Shown here piece by piece: positions 38,193 through 47,770 of a stretch of 61,107 nucleotides of DNA. Made by a program: the position numbers and the translations under genes. Where the stretch lies: sequence record SRR20825019_2850. One strand, written 5' to 3'. Position 1 is the stretch's first letter; the number at the start of each line of letters is the position of its first letter. The notes under the pieces are model-generated. The model had not been told where the DNA came from. It worked only from the letters and a program-made list of their open reading frames with translations, and did not search any database.

Positions 38193-40652
38193 ATGGCTTA
38201 TAAACGACAGATAGACCGCCTGCCGATCGTCCCGGCAGATGCCAAGGAACACAACGTCACCTGCCACTACTGCATCGTCGGGTGCGGCTACAAAGCCTAT
38301 ACGTGGGACGCCAACAAGCAGGGCGGAACGGCCCCGGACCAGAACAAGTTCGGCGTGAACCTGGCCGAGCAGCAATATGCCGACACGGACGCCTGGTATG
38401 CGCCGTCAATGTACAACATTGTCCGCCAGGGTGGTCGCGATGTGCACATCGTCATCAAGCCGGATACCGACTGTGTCGTAAATTCCGGCCTCGGCTCCGT
38501 GCGCGGCGCGCGCATTGCCGAGATGAGCCATTCACTGGCCCGGTCGACGCAGCTTCAGCGCCTCACCGATCCGCTCGTCTGGCGTTATGGCCAGATGCAG
38601 CCCACGAGCTGGGATGATGCGCTTGATCTGGTTGCACGGGTCACGACCCGGGTGATCGAGGAGCAAGGCGAGGACGGCCTGTTTGTCTCTGCCTTCGATC
38701 ATGGCGGCGCCGGTGGCGGCTACGAGAACACCTGGGGTACCGGGAAGCTCTATTTCGGCGCCATGAAGGTGAAGAACATCCGGATCCACAATCGCCCGGC
38801 CTATAATTCCGAGGTGCATGCCACCCGCGACATGGGCGTCGGCGAGTTGAACAATTGCTATGAGGATGCCGCACTTGCGGACACGATCGTCGCCGTTGGC
38901 ACCAACGCACTCGAGACCCAGACAAACTACTTTCTGAACCACTGGGTGCCGAACCTTCGGGGCACATCGCTGTCCGACAAGGAAGAGCAGCTTTCAGGTG
39001 AGCCTCATGCCCCGGCCCGGATCGTGATTGTCGACCCGCGCCGAACCGTGACGGTGAATGCCTGCGAGATGGAAGCCGGCAAGGACAATGTTCTGCACCT
39101 GGCCATCGAGTCCGGGACAGACCTGACCCTGTTCAATGCCTGGCTGACCCATATCGCCGATCAGGGCTGGCTCGACGACGCCTTCATCGACGCCTCCACC
39201 TCTGGTCTCAAGGAAGCGCTGGAGGCCAATCGCACCTCGCTCGAAGAGGCCGCCAAGATCACCGGACTGTCCGTCGACGACATCCGGAAATCAGCAGAAT
39301 GGATCGCCCAGCCGAAGGACGGCAAGCGACGGCGGGCGATGTTCGCCTATGAAAAGGGCCTGATCTGGGGCAACGACAATTACCGCACCAACGCGGCACT
39401 TGTGAACGTGGCGCTGGCAACCGGCAATGTCGGGCGTCCCGGCGGCGGCTGTGTCCGCATGGGCGGTCATCAGGAAGGCTATGCCCGCCCGGCCGACGGC
39501 CATGTTGGACGTCCCGCAGCTTATGTCGATGAGCTCCTGATCTCCGGACAGGGCGGCGTCCACCACATCTGGGGTTGCGACCATTACAAGACCACCTTGA
39601 ACGCTCTGGAGTTCAAGCGGGTCTACAAACGCCGTACAGATATGGTGAAGGATGCCATGAACGCGGTTCCCTACGGCGACCGGGATGCGATGGTCGAGGC
39701 AATCGTGGGAGCGATCCAGCAGGGCGGATTGTTCGCGGTCAATGTCGATATCGTCCCGACCAAGATCGGCGAGGCCTGCCACGTTGTTCTGCCGGCGGCG
39801 ACGTCAGGGGAAATGAACCTGACCTCGATGAACGGTGAACGCCGCATGCGCCTGACCGAGCGTTACATGGACCCTCCTGGTCAGGCGATGCCCGACTGCC
39901 TGATCGCCGCCCGTCTGGCCAACAACATGGAACGGGTTCTGCGGGCTTCGGGCAACGCGGAATATGCGGACCAGTTCAAGGGCTTCGACTGGAAGACAGA
40001 GGAAGACGCCTTTATGGACGGGTATCACGCCACCGCCGGCGGCGGGGAGTTCGTCACCTATGACCGGTTGCGAGCCATGGGCACCAACGGTTTCCAGGAG
40101 CCGGCGACCGGGTTCGAAGGAGGCAAAATCGCCGGAACCAAGCGTCTTTACACAGACGGAAAGTTCGGCACATCCGATGGCAAGGCCAAGTTCATGGCCA
40201 CGCAATGGCGCGGTTTGCAGGCACCGGGCAAGGACGAGCAGAAAGCCGCCCACCGCTTCCTGATCAATAATGGCCGAGCCAACCAAGTCTGGCAGTCGGC
40301 CTATCTCGATGTCGAGAACGAGTTCGTGATGGACCGGTGGCCTTATCCGTTCATCGAGATGAATCCCGAGGACATGGCGGAGATAGGTGTGGCCGAAGGC
40401 GATCTGGTCGAGGTGTATAACGACGCCGGCTCGACACAGGCGATGGCCTGTCCGACTGAAACGGCGAAACGGGGACAGACCTTCATGCTGTTCGGGTATC
40501 CATCGGGGGTTCAGGGCAACGTCGTCAATGCCGGGACGAACGAGCTGATCATCCCGAACTACAAGCAGACTTGGGGCGATATCCGCAAACTCGCGGACGC
40601 GCCCAAATCGGTAGCGCATCTTTCTTTCAAATCGAAAGAATACCGTATCTAA
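38193..40652 (+). CDS. aioA: Arsenite oxidase large molybdopterin subunit
   Basis: CHYCIVGCGY [3Fe-4S] motif, FDHGGAGGG, HNRPAYNSE, YEKGLIWGNDNY. Confidence 0.98.
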   Translation: MAYKRQIDRLPIVPADAKEHNVTCHYCIVGCGYKAYTWDANKQGGTAPDQNKFGVNLAEQQYADTDAWYAPSMYNIVRQGGRDVHIVIKPDTDCVVNSGLGSVRGARIAEMSHSLARSTQLQRLTDPLVWRYGQMQPTSWDDALDLVARVTTRVIEEQGEDGLFVSAFDHGGAGGGYENTWGTGKLYFGAMKVKNIRIHNRPAYNSEVHATRDMGVGELNNCYEDAALADTIVAVGTNALETQTNYFLNHWVPNLRGTSLSDKEEQLSGEPHAPARIVIVDPRRTVTVNACEMEAGKDNVLHLAIESGTDLTLFNAWLTHIADQGWLDDAFIDASTSGLKEALEANRTSLEEAAKITGLSVDDIRKSAEWIAQPKDGKRRRAMFAYEKGLIWGNDNYRTNAALVNVALATGNVGRPGGGCVRMGGHQEGYARPADGHVGRPAAYVDELLISGQGGVHHIWGCDHYKTTLNALEFKRVYKRRTDMVKDAMNAVPYGDRDAMVEAIVGAIQQGGLFAVNVDIVPTKIGEACHVVLPAATSGEMNLTSMNGERRMRLTERYMDPPGQAMPDCLIAARLANNMERVLRASGNAEYADQFKGFDWKTEEDAFMDGYHATAGGGEFVTYDRLRAMGTNGFQEPATGFEGGKIAGTKRLYTDGKFGTSDGKAKFMATQWRGLQAPGKDEQKAAHRFLINNGRANQVWQSAYLDVENEFVMDRWPYPFIEMNPEDMAEIGVAEGDLVEVYNDAGSTQAMACPTETAKRGQTFMLFGYPSGVQGNVVNAGTNELIIPNYKQTWGDIRKLADAPKSVAHLSFKSKEYRI

Positions 40653-40665
40653 AGTCTGCACCTCA

Positions 40666-40698
40666 TCGGACGGACCGTCTTCGAGGCGGCCCGTCCGA
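40666..40698 (+). terminator. Stem-loop after aioA
   Basis: tcggacggaccgtct-tcg-aggcggcccgtccga. Confidence 0.55.
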
Positions 40699-40760
40699 AT
40701 TTCCGAACAGCAGCCATATCCTTCAGTCCGATAAGTTCTTCGGCCGGAAAGGCCCTCTCT

Positions 40761-41993
40761 TTGTCCCAATCGATTCAGCTGAACTCCGACCTCGCACCAT
40801 CTTCTGTGGACGATATCCCGGCCCTCGTTGAGGCATTGGTCGCACCGATCCGCGAGACCGTGTCCCGTCCGGTCGCAGCGGCGACTGGCTGGACACTAGC
40901 ATCCAGCCCAGCCGCCGTAGACAGGCTGCCGCGCTTCGATCAGTCCGCGGTGGACGGCTATGCATGGGCAGGGAGCATTCCGGCCTCGGGCCTCAGACTC
41001 TTGCGGCTTCTCCGCGCCGGCGATCCGGCCGTCGTTTTGCGCCACGGAGAAGCCGTCCATGTGATGACCGGCGCCTCTATCCCCGTCGGCGCTGACCGGG
41101 TCGCCATGCAGGAGCGCTGCAAACTCGTTGGGGACATAGTGACTCCGCCACCAACCAACGCCGGCGCGAACATTCGCCGGGAAGGTGAAGATATCGCCGC
41201 CGGCACTCCGATCGCCCCGGAAGGCACCTGTCTCGATGCTCGCCACGCAGCGTTGCTTGCCGCCACCGGAACGCAGGGTGTGAGCTGTGTTCGACCGCTC
41301 AGGATCCGGCTGATAGCCACCGGAAACGAGCTCTGCGATGGTGCGCCCGGCACGGTTCAAATCCGCGATTCCAACACACCCATGATAAAAGCCTTGCTCT
41401 CCGCGAGTCCCGACATCGACTTGACGGCGGAGCAATGCCCGGACCGCCCGTCCGATCTTCGAGATCTATTCGTCCGCGCCAGAGACACCGCCGACCTGAT
41501 TATCACGACAGGCGGCATGTCCTTCGGACAGGAAGACCATGTCCGGTCGGCGTGCCTTGCTGCCGGCGGCGAGTTCGTCTTGCATTCCCTGCTCATGAAA
41601 CCAGGCAAACCGGTCGGTCTCGCCCGGGTCGGACGATGCATTCATCTGGGCCTGCCGGGAAATCCGTTCGCTGCGCTCGTCGCCTTCCTGCTTGTCGGCC
41701 GCCCGGTTCTGGACCGATTAAGAGGACGGCAGTCAGGTCAGCGCTGGCTCGAAGCACGCGCCGATTTCACGCTGGAACGGCAACCCGGGCGTGTGGAATT
41801 CTTTCCGGCCAAACTGGCCCCCTCCAACCCTGCTGCCGGCCTGGTGCTGCATCGTCTGGGCAAGGGCGGCAGCGCACGCCTGGCACCACTCGTCGCAGCA
41901 GACGCTCTCGGACGGGTCGACGCGCATGCCGATCACATCAAACCCGGCGACCCTCTCCGCTTCATGGATTTTACAAACGTACTTGGAAACTGA
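40761..41993 (+). CDS. moeA: Molybdopterin molybdenumtransferase
   Basis: FDQSAVDGYA, MTGA.IP.GAD, TGNEL, TTGGMS, MKPGKP, GLPGNP; TTG start uncertain. Confidence 0.88.
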   Translation: MSQSIQLNSDLAPSSVDDIPALVEALVAPIRETVSRPVAAATGWTLASSPAAVDRLPRFDQSAVDGYAWAGSIPASGLRLLRLLRAGDPAVVLRHGEAVHVMTGASIPVGADRVAMQERCKLVGDIVTPPPTNAGANIRREGEDIAAGTPIAPEGTCLDARHAALLAATGTQGVSCVRPLRIRLIATGNELCDGAPGTVQIRDSNTPMIKALLSASPDIDLTAEQCPDRPSDLRDLFVRARDTADLIITTGGMSFGQEDHVRSACLAAGGEFVLHSLLMKPGKPVGLARVGRCIHLGLPGNPFAALVAFLLVGRPVLDRLRGRQSGQRWLEARADFTLERQPGRVEFFPAKLAPSNPAAGLVLHRLGKGGSARLAPLVAADALGRVDAHADHIKPGDPLRFMDFTNVLGN

Positions 41994-42047
41994 TCGAATA
42001 GCCCTTGAATTGAACCTGAAATCATATGGACCACCATACTAAAAATT

Positions 42048-42097
42048 GACCGCAATGGATTGCTGCCAGCCTAATAGGCATCAGACTCAGCAGGTGG
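42048..42097 (+). repeat. Module-boundary repeat R4 (long form, degenerate)
   Basis: gaccgcaatggattgctgccagcctaataggcatcagactcagcaggtgg; 41/52 identical by hand to R3. Confidence 0.75.
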
Positions 42098-42158
42098 AAA
42101 TCGTCGCTCGCTGCAAGCCGCCGAAAGTGAAGCCAACGATTATGGAATTAAGCGCGCG

Positions 42159-42176
42159 GTGTCATTCGGAGGTCAT
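42159..42176 (+). promoter_or_regulatory. Putative Pho box
   Basis: gtGTCAT-tcgg-agGTCAT, GTCAT direct repeat at 11-bp pitch. Confidence 0.55.
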
Positions 42177-42241
42177 ACAAAGATGTAAAGAGCTATCGGG
42201 TGTCGAGACCAACTGTCTTGTCATTCGATAGGAGTGCGCAT

Positions 42242-43177
42242 ATGGACAGCATGAAACGCATTGCCGGGATCGGTGCCAGCCTCGGGGCCGTCAATGGCGA
42301 TCTGGACCGGGTCCGGCAGCAAGCCGACGCGTTGGCGGCGCTCGGTGCAGATGTGATGGAGCTTTATGCGTCTTCACTGGGCGTGGTCGCCAACGCCAGA
42401 TTGCTGCCAGCACGCACGACGGAGCTTCGGGCGCTTTGCCAGGAGCGGCCATTGGTGCCGACCTTGCACGCACCCATCCCGATCGACTTCATGGACCGCG
42501 ACAACATCGCTCTGCATCGCTCCGCCGCACGGGTGTCAGTCGATCTGGCTGCCGAGATCGGCGCGCCGATCGTCGTCATCCATGCAGGACGGGCAGATCC
42601 CACCGATTGGGCCTCGGACCCTGACGGCCTGCTTTCATTTGAGCGTGAGGAGTTGTCCGCCCTCGGTGATCACGCGGCACAATGCGGCGTTCGGATCGCC
42701 CTTGAGAACATAAGCCCGAACCTGGCTGTTATTGGTGGCAAAGCCACCAGCTACTCGCTTGATCCGGCAGCACTGGCCCGGCAGCTCGGCGCATTGGATC
42801 ACCCGGCCGTGACCGGTTGTCTCGACTACAGCCACGCCAAGCAGGGTGCCGGTCTTCTTGGTCTGGACCCGGTCGCGGGTGCGGCGGCGATGGCACCCTT
42901 CACCGGTCATATTCATATCAGCGAAGCGTCCGGTATGCCGACAATTCCCTCGATCACCTCTCAGCCGGACTGGATGTATTTTGGTGTGGGCGATATGCAC
43001 GCGCCCTTGGGGATTGGATGCATGGACCTGACGGCGCTCGCAGACGCGTCACCGGTTCTCCCGGGCACGCTCGCCGTGTTGGAGCTTCAGGGCCATGCCC
43101 GCGCGATGCTGGCCGACAGCCTCCGCCATCTGCGTGCCTTCGCCGACAGGGTCAACGCCCATCCGATCGCGGCATGA
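42242..43177 (+). CDS. Sugar phosphate isomerase/epimerase family (xylose-isomerase-like TIM barrel)
   Basis: TLHAP, VVIHAG, IALEN, CLDYSH, HIHIS, DMH, VLE; AGGAG RBS. Confidence 0.8.
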   Translation: MDSMKRIAGIGASLGAVNGDLDRVRQQADALAALGADVMELYASSLGVVANARLLPARTTELRALCQERPLVPTLHAPIPIDFMDRDNIALHRSAARVSVDLAAEIGAPIVVIHAGRADPTDWASDPDGLLSFEREELSALGDHAAQCGVRIALENISPNLAVIGGKATSYSLDPAALARQLGALDHPAVTGCLDYSHAKQGAGLLGLDPVAGAAAMAPFTGHIHISEASGMPTIPSITSQPDWMYFGVGDMHAPLGIGCMDLTALADASPVLPGTLAVLELQGHARAMLADSLRHLRAFADRVNAHPIAA

Positions 43178-43908
43178 GCCACGCACGCCCCTGGGTGATC
43201 GCCCATCGCGGCCATTCCGCCGCAGCAGCAGAGAACAGCGTCTCTGCGTTGGAGCGGGCAATCGCCGCCCGCGCCGATGCGGTGGAAGCAGATGTTCGTA
43301 TCTCATCCGATGGCATCGCAGTGGTATCGCATGATGCACACCTTTTGCGGCTCGCGGGTGATGACGGTGTCGTTGCCGACCTCTCGGCCGAGGAACTTGA
43401 TACCCGTGCCCGCCGCGCCGGGGCCGAAATCCCGCGCCTGTCCACTTTGATGCGGGCAGCGCGAGGGCGCGTTCCGCTGATGCTCGACGTCAAGGCGCGG
43501 GACCCGATCGTGCTCACGCATATCGTTTCTGCTGCAAACGAAGCTGACTTCCCGCCATCTGCGATCATTCTCGGCCTGCGGGATGCGGCATTGGTCCGGC
43601 CGTGCAGAAACCAGCTGCCGGATGCCGGTATTCTGGCCCTGCATGGGGAGAGCGCACCGCTGCTTTCGTTCCGCAATGCCGGCGTTACCCTTGTCCGGCT
43701 GTGGGAGGCGCAGGCCGATCCGGCAACGGTCTCCGGTCTGCGCTCGCAAGGCTGCACACTCTGGGTGACGACCGGCGGACCGGACACCGGCCGTGCTGTC
43801 GGAGACGCAACGCCTGACTCACTGGCTCATCTGATCGCAGCCGGTATCGACGGCATCCTGGTCAATGACCCCGATCTCGGTCGGCATGTGATCGATCATC
43901 ATCTCTGA
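43174..43908 (+). CDS. Glycerophosphodiester phosphodiesterase (GDPD family)
   Basis: IAHRG, ENS, EADV, HD, LDVK, GIDGILVNDP; ATGA overlap with upstream gene. Confidence 0.88.
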   Translation: MSHARPWVIAHRGHSAAAAENSVSALERAIAARADAVEADVRISSDGIAVVSHDAHLLRLAGDDGVVADLSAEELDTRARRAGAEIPRLSTLMRAARGRVPLMLDVKARDPIVLTHIVSAANEADFPPSAIILGLRDAALVRPCRNQLPDAGILALHGESAPLLSFRNAGVTLVRLWEAQADPATVSGLRSQGCTLWVTTGGPDTGRAVGDATPDSLAHLIAAGIDGILVNDPDLGRHVIDHHL

Positions 43909-43913
43909 CGCGT

Positions 43914-44801
43914 TTAACGCTGGGTCGGGTCGAGGCGTGTCCGCAACCAGTCACCGAACAGGCTCATCGACAGCGTGGTGATGAAGATTACAGCCCCCGG
44001 GATCACCGCCAGCCACCATGAAGTCAGCAGGTAATCCCGTCCTTCGCCCAGCATCTGGCCGAGAGAGGTCAGTGGCGGCTGGATGCCAAGCCCCAGAAAA
44101 CTGAGAGAGGTCTCCAGCAGGATGGTTTGGGGAAAATTCAGCGTCAGCTGCACGATCAACGGACCGATCACGTTCGGCAGGATATGGCGGACATAGAGGC
44201 GCCAGGGCCGTGCGCCCAATGCCCGGACCGCGACGGCATATCCCTGCTCCTTCGCCGACAGGACAAGACCTCTGGTGAGCCGGGCATAGGTCTCCCAACC
44301 AGCGAGCCCCATGAGTGCCAGGAACAGATAAAAATTGTTGCCAAAGAATGCCAACACAGCGAGTGCGATGATCAGGAAGGGCATCGCCGCCTGCCAATCG
44401 ACCAGCATCATGACGATCTCGTCGACCAGTCGGCCATAATGTGCGGCAAGGACGCCGAGAACAGTGCCAAGAACCGCACCGATCAAGGTTCCCATCAGGG
44501 CAAGCGCGATGGACACCTGGGTCGCCACCAGCAGGCGCGACAGCAAGTCACGGCCGAGCTTGTCGGTGCCGAGCACATGCCCTTCAATCGAGAGAGACGA
44601 CCAGAATGGCGGTTTCAGCCGATAGAGCAGGTTTGTGTCCTCATAGCCGTAAGGCATCAGCACCTGAGCGAATATTGCGATAACAGCGACCAGGACGAGG
44701 AAACCGGCTGCGAGCCAAACCAGTATCGGCATGCGCCAGAATCTCTCGCCGCGCGGGGCGGATGCCTCAGGCTTCGCCGAAGCAGCGGTTTCGGCGCTCA
44801 T
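43914..44801 (-). CDS. ABC permease, DppC/AccE-like
   Basis: LGTDKLGRD, RHILPN, LSFLGLGIQPP. Confidence 0.9.
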   Translation of the reverse strand: MSAETAASAKPEASAPRGERFWRMPILVWLAAGFLVLVAVIAIFAQVLMPYGYEDTNLLYRLKPPFWSSLSIEGHVLGTDKLGRDLLSRLLVATQVSIALALMGTLIGAVLGTVLGVLAAHYGRLVDEIVMMLVDWQAAMPFLIIALAVLAFFGNNFYLFLALMGLAGWETYARLTRGLVLSAKEQGYAVAVRALGARPWRLYVRHILPNVIGPLIVQLTLNFPQTILLETSLSFLGLGIQPPLTSLGQMLGEGRDYLLTSWWLAVIPGAVIFITTLSMSLFGDWLRTRLDPTQR

Positions 44802-45736
44802 CGTGATTGCCCTCCACTACCCAGCCGGATTCGGGGGTCGAGCCAGCCATAGGCGAGATCAACCAGAAAATTGGCCGTCACCATGGTGATCGCCACCAGA
44901 ACCACGATGCCTTGCACGATCGCGAGGTCGCGATCGGCAACAGAACTTGTCAGCAGGCGTCCGACCCCCGGCCAGGCGAACACGTTTTCGGTGACCACGG
45001 CACCACCGATCATCCCGCCCAGGCTGAAACCGACAATGGTCACAACCGGCACGGCTGCATTGGGAAAGGCGTGCAGCCAAACCCGCCGGGACATCGACGC
45101 ACCCTCGGCCTCGGCGGTTCGGATATAGTCCTTCGACAGTACGTCGAGCATGGCGGAGCGGGTAAAGCGGGCAATCGCACCCGCAAAGGCGGTCGCCAGT
45201 GTGAACACCGGCATGACCATATGCTCCCATGTGCCGTAGCCGGAACTGGGCAGCATCCGAAGATTCATCGCAAACAACAGGATCAGCAGGATTCCCAGAA
45301 AGAAGTTTGGCATCGAGAACCCGAACACGGCGAAGGACATGGTCAGCCGGTCGATCCAGCTATCCCTCCAGATCGCCGCCATGACGCCAAGCGGAATACC
45401 AAGTGCGAGTGCCGTGACGAACGTCGCCAGACCCAGCTCGACAGTCTTCGGAACCCGTTGCCAGATGAGGTCGAGGGCCGGCTGGCTGTTGCGGAAGGAG
45501 ACGCCAAAGTCGCCCTGGAATGCGGCCTTGAAATAGAGCAGATACTGCTCCCAGACAGGCCGGTCGAGGCCCCAGAGGATGCGGTAATACTCCCGTATTT
45601 CCTCGCCGACATCGTCGGGCAAGAGCTGCTCGGTCGGATCGCCTGTGATCCGTAACACGATAAAGACGAAGCTTACCACCAGCCAGAGGGTGAAGATCGC
45701 CCGCAGAAGCTTGATCGAGACATAACGAAGGTTCAC
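44798..45736 (-). CDS. ABC permease, DppB/AccD-like
   Basis: GLDRP, GDFGVSFR, GAVVTENVFAWPGVG; GTG start inferred. Confidence 0.9.
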   Translation of the reverse strand: MNLRYVSIKLLRAIFTLWLVVSFVFIVLRITGDPTEQLLPDDVGEEIREYYRILWGLDRPVWEQYLLYFKAAFQGDFGVSFRNSQPALDLIWQRVPKTVELGLATFVTALALGIPLGVMAAIWRDSWIDRLTMSFAVFGFSMPNFFLGILLILLFAMNLRMLPSSGYGTWEHMVMPVFTLATAFAGAIARFTRSAMLDVLSKDYIRTAEAEGASMSRRVWLHAFPNAAVPVVTIVGFSLGGMIGGAVVTENVFAWPGVGRLLTSSVADRDLAIVQGIVVLVAITMVTANFLVDLAYGWLDPRIRLGSGGQSR

Positions 45737-46734
45737 AGGAGATTCTCCGCGTGGTGGCATGCCACGAAGCCGCCGCCGGGAAGTGGGCGCAGGTCCGGGC
45801 GCTCCTGCCGGCATTGATCGGTAGCGAACGGACAGCGTGGGTTCAGCGCACACCCCTCTGGGGGAAACAGCGGGCTCGGCGGCTCACCGTGCAGGGCGAC
45901 CGGCTGCACCCGGCGGCCATGCCGCGACCGGGCTGCCGGCACCGCTCCGATCAGCGCGCGGCTATATGGATGGGCGGCCCGCGAGAACAGGGCATCACGG
46001 CTTGCGATCTCGACAAACCGGCCGAGATACATGACCGCGACCCGGTCGGCGACGTGGCGCACCACGCTGAGATCGTGGGAGATGAACAAATAGGTCAAGC
46101 CGTAGGTGCCCTGAAGATCTTGCAGCAGGTTGACGACCTGAGCCTGGACCGACACGTCGAGTGCGGCCACCGGCTCGTCGCAGACCACCAATTTAGGCTC
46201 CAACACCAACGCGCGGGCGATCACTGCCCGTTGCTGCTGGCCGCCGGACAGCTCGTGCGGGTAGCGCCCCATCAGATGACCGGCAAGCCCGACAGAATCC
46301 AGCATCTGACGGGCCTTCTCCAACCGGTCCGAAGGCGCACCGATATCGTGGATCTCAAGACCTTCGGCCACTTGCCGGTCTATGGTCAGTCTGGGGTCGA
46401 GTGCCCCCCGGCTGTCCTGGAAGATGAGCTGCAGATCCCGTCGCCGGGAGCGCCAGCGGGCTGCATCGGCACGTGATAGATCCTCGCCCTCGAACGCGAT
46501 GACACCGGCACTGGGCGTCAGGAGATTGAGGACCAGATTGCCCACCGTCGACTTGCCGCATCCGCTCTCGCCGACCACCGCCAGTGTTTCTCCGGCGGTA
46601 AGATCGAATGATACATCGGCCACGGCCGTCAGCATCGGTCTCGGTCCGAATAGCCGCTCACGCGGCATCGGGAACCGCTTGGCCAATCCCTGAACCCTCA
46701 GGATCGGTGCCGGTTCATGCGACGTTCCGTTCAT
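45733..46734 (-). CDS. ABC ATPase, DppF/AccC-like
   Basis: [22 protein letters not shown]-terminal Cys cluster. Confidence 0.9.
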   Translation of the reverse strand: MNGTSHEPAPILRVQGLAKRFPMPRERLFGPRPMLTAVADVSFDLTAGETLAVVGESGCGKSTVGNLVLNLLTPSAGVIAFEGEDLSRADAARWRSRRRDLQLIFQDSRGALDPRLTIDRQVAEGLEIHDIGAPSDRLEKARQMLDSVGLAGHLMGRYPHELSGGQQQRAVIARALVLEPKLVVCDEPVAALDVSVQAQVVNLLQDLQGTYGLTYLFISHDLSVVRHVADRVAVMYLGRFVEIASRDALFSRAAHPYSRALIGAVPAARSRHGRRVQPVALHGEPPSPLFPPEGCALNPRCPFATDQCRQERPDLRPLPGGGFVACHHAENLL

Positions 46735-47705
46735 GCAGCTACGGTGTCCGTTTTCAAGCCGTGATGACAGGCAATCAAACCATCAGCTGACGCCCGCAAG
46801 TCGGGCAGGGTGCTGCAGACCGGCGATGCCTGCGAACAGCGTGGGGCAAAAGCGCAGCCCGGCGGCATCGCATGCAGCGGCGGCACCGTTCCCTCTATCG
46901 GTGTCAAACGATCAATATCATCGTCGAGGAAAGGCAGGGAGGTCAGGAGCCCGCGCGTGTAAGGATGACGCGGCTGGGCAAAAAGGGCATCGGCAGGCGC
47001 CAGTTCAACAACCCGCCCCGCATACATGACTGCCATCCGGTCGGCGACCTCTGCCACGAGACCCAAATCGTGGGTCACGAACAGGATGCCCATGCCGATC
47101 TCCCGCTGCAGGCGTGCCAAGAGATCGAGAATTTGCGCCTGAACAGTGACGTCCAGTGCCGTCGTCGGCTCATCGGCGATGAGAAGGGCGGGCCCTCCGG
47201 CGATCGCCATTGCGATCATCGCGCGCTGCTGTTGTCCGCCGGAGACTTGATGGGGATAATCAGCGCCTCGGCGCTTCGGCTCAGGAATGCCGACCAGGTC
47301 AAGCAACTCTATCGCTCGCCTCTGTGCAACGCGACGGCTCTCGCCGGTGCGGATCTGATAGGCCTCGGCAACCTGCCACCCGAGGGTGCGGACCGGGTTC
47401 AGACAGGTCATCGGATTTTGGAAGATTATGCCCATGCCGCGTGATCGTCTGCGCTTGTCATCCGGGTCTTCAGGATCGATTTCGACACCCTGAAAGACCA
47501 CGCTGCCGCTCTCGATCGAGGCGCGACGGCCGAGCAAACCGATCACCGACAAGCATGTCAGCGTTTTGCCGCACCCGCTCTCGCCCACAAGGCCGACGGT
47601 TTCGCCTTCCTCAAGGCTTAGAGAGACATTGCGTACAGGGAAGACCGGCCCATCAGGAAGGTCGATGCGGACCGTCAGGTCGCGGATATCAATAAGGGTA
47701 CTCAA
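46731..47705 (-). CDS. ABC ATPase, DppD/AccB-like
   Basis: GESGCGKT, YPHQVSGGQ, ADEPTTALD; TTG start inferred. Confidence 0.88.
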   Translation of the reverse strand: MSTLIDIRDLTVRIDLPDGPVFPVRNVSLSLEEGETVGLVGESGCGKTLTCLSVIGLLGRRASIESGSVVFQGVEIDPEDPDDKRRRSRGMGIIFQNPMTCLNPVRTLGWQVAEAYQIRTGESRRVAQRRAIELLDLVGIPEPKRRGADYPHQVSGGQQQRAMIAMAIAGGPALLIADEPTTALDVTVQAQILDLLARLQREIGMGILFVTHDLGLVAEVADRMAVMYAGRVVELAPADALFAQPRHPYTRGLLTSLPFLDDDIDRLTPIEGTVPPLHAMPPGCAFAPRCSQASPVCSTLPDLRASADGLIACHHGLKTDTVAA

Positions 47706-47770
47706 TTCAGCAAAGACATCAGCCGGCGCTGCGGCGGGGAACGATCCCCACCGCAGCGCACAAGCCGATG

